From contig MU619400.1 in NCBI GenBank assembly GCA_025201805.1, forward strand, positions 1-35,771: a stretch of 35,771 nt of DNA. Reading direction: 5' to 3'. The position numbers and the translations under genes were made by a program. How positions within the stretch are numbered: the stretch's first letter is position 1; every line of letters starts with the position of its first letter. Below, in pieces: positions 35,366-35,771 of the stretch. This stretch comes from Parasitella parasitica NRRL 2501. Taxonomy: Eukaryota > Fungi > Mucoromycota. The notes under the pieces are model-generated. The model was not told where the DNA came from. It worked only from the letters and a program-made list of their open reading frames with translations, and ran no database searches.

Positions 35366-35771
35366 TGTTTGTCGTACCTATAACAATCTCAGTTGCCTCC
35401 GCTTCGGCTTCCAATGTGGTAAATGCTCTCAGAGCCACGCTTTATTTTTCATATATATAGTAATAATAAATTTGAATCCCTTTCTTCCCTATATCTTTCA
35501 AAGCCGCGCATCGTGGAACAAACTATGAGTGATATCAATGATGATCAAACAACAAAATACCTTACTACTACCGAGGCATTTGAATTATTTAAGCGCCTCC
35601 AACTGGAAGAGCGACAACAAAGAGAAGAAAGGGTACATGGCTCAGAATTGCCATTGGACATATCACAATATCTTGATAGCACGCCAGCATATGAACTCAA
35701 GGAGGAATTTAAACAATTTAAAAGACAGGTTGCCAAGTATAACAATGGAACTTGGAACAGACAGGAACAGA
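35366..35771 (+). mobile_element. 5' end of a second DIRS-like element with open gag-like ORF (ATG 35525, runs off the window)
   Basis: The leader is homologous to 30758-30900 (ACAAYCTCAGYTGCCTCCG, ATGCTCTCWGAGCCACGCTTTATTT, AAGCCGC) and reverse-complementary to 31781-31830. ORF MSDINDDQ...ELPLDISQYLDSTPAYELKEEFKQFKRQVAKY has no stop before the window end. Confidence 0.7.

Noticed and set aside
1-35771. CRISPR arrays, rRNA or tRNA genes
   Set aside because: The sequence is eukaryotic, and no repeat-spacer periodicity or rRNA/tRNA signatures were seen.

Overview
AT-rich, intron-containing fungal nuclear DNA, most likely Mucorales: introns are short, the delta-12 desaturase closely resembles Mucor enzymes, and the DIRS/Tc1 debris is Mucorales-style. 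Genes: OTU deubiquitinase (-), uncharacterised membrane protein (+), siderophore-iron MFS transporter pseudogene (+), kinesin-4-like motor (+), mitochondrial SerRS (-), stand-alone arabinokinase-N-terminal glycosyltransferase-like protein (+), TBCE, FAD2, EAF7, an intronless PPR protein and a CECR5/HDHD5 HAD hydrolase (all -). Mobile DNA: solo-LTR-like repeats, two decayed Tc1/IS630-type transposases and two copies of a DIRS-like tyrosine-recombinase retroelement. The most striking observation is a perfect 127-bp tandem duplication that frameshifts the OTU gene. The same duplication creates a GTAAGC...CAG 112-nt intron whose removal would restore the frame and native C-terminus, making it a candidate intron gain caught in the act. 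Also notable are intact SreA-type iron-responsive sites on the dead transporter, a GC-rich hairpin in a FAD2 intron, and a GC-rich structured non-coding island with a G-quadruplex motif. Exon structures and family calls were made by eye, without database searches.
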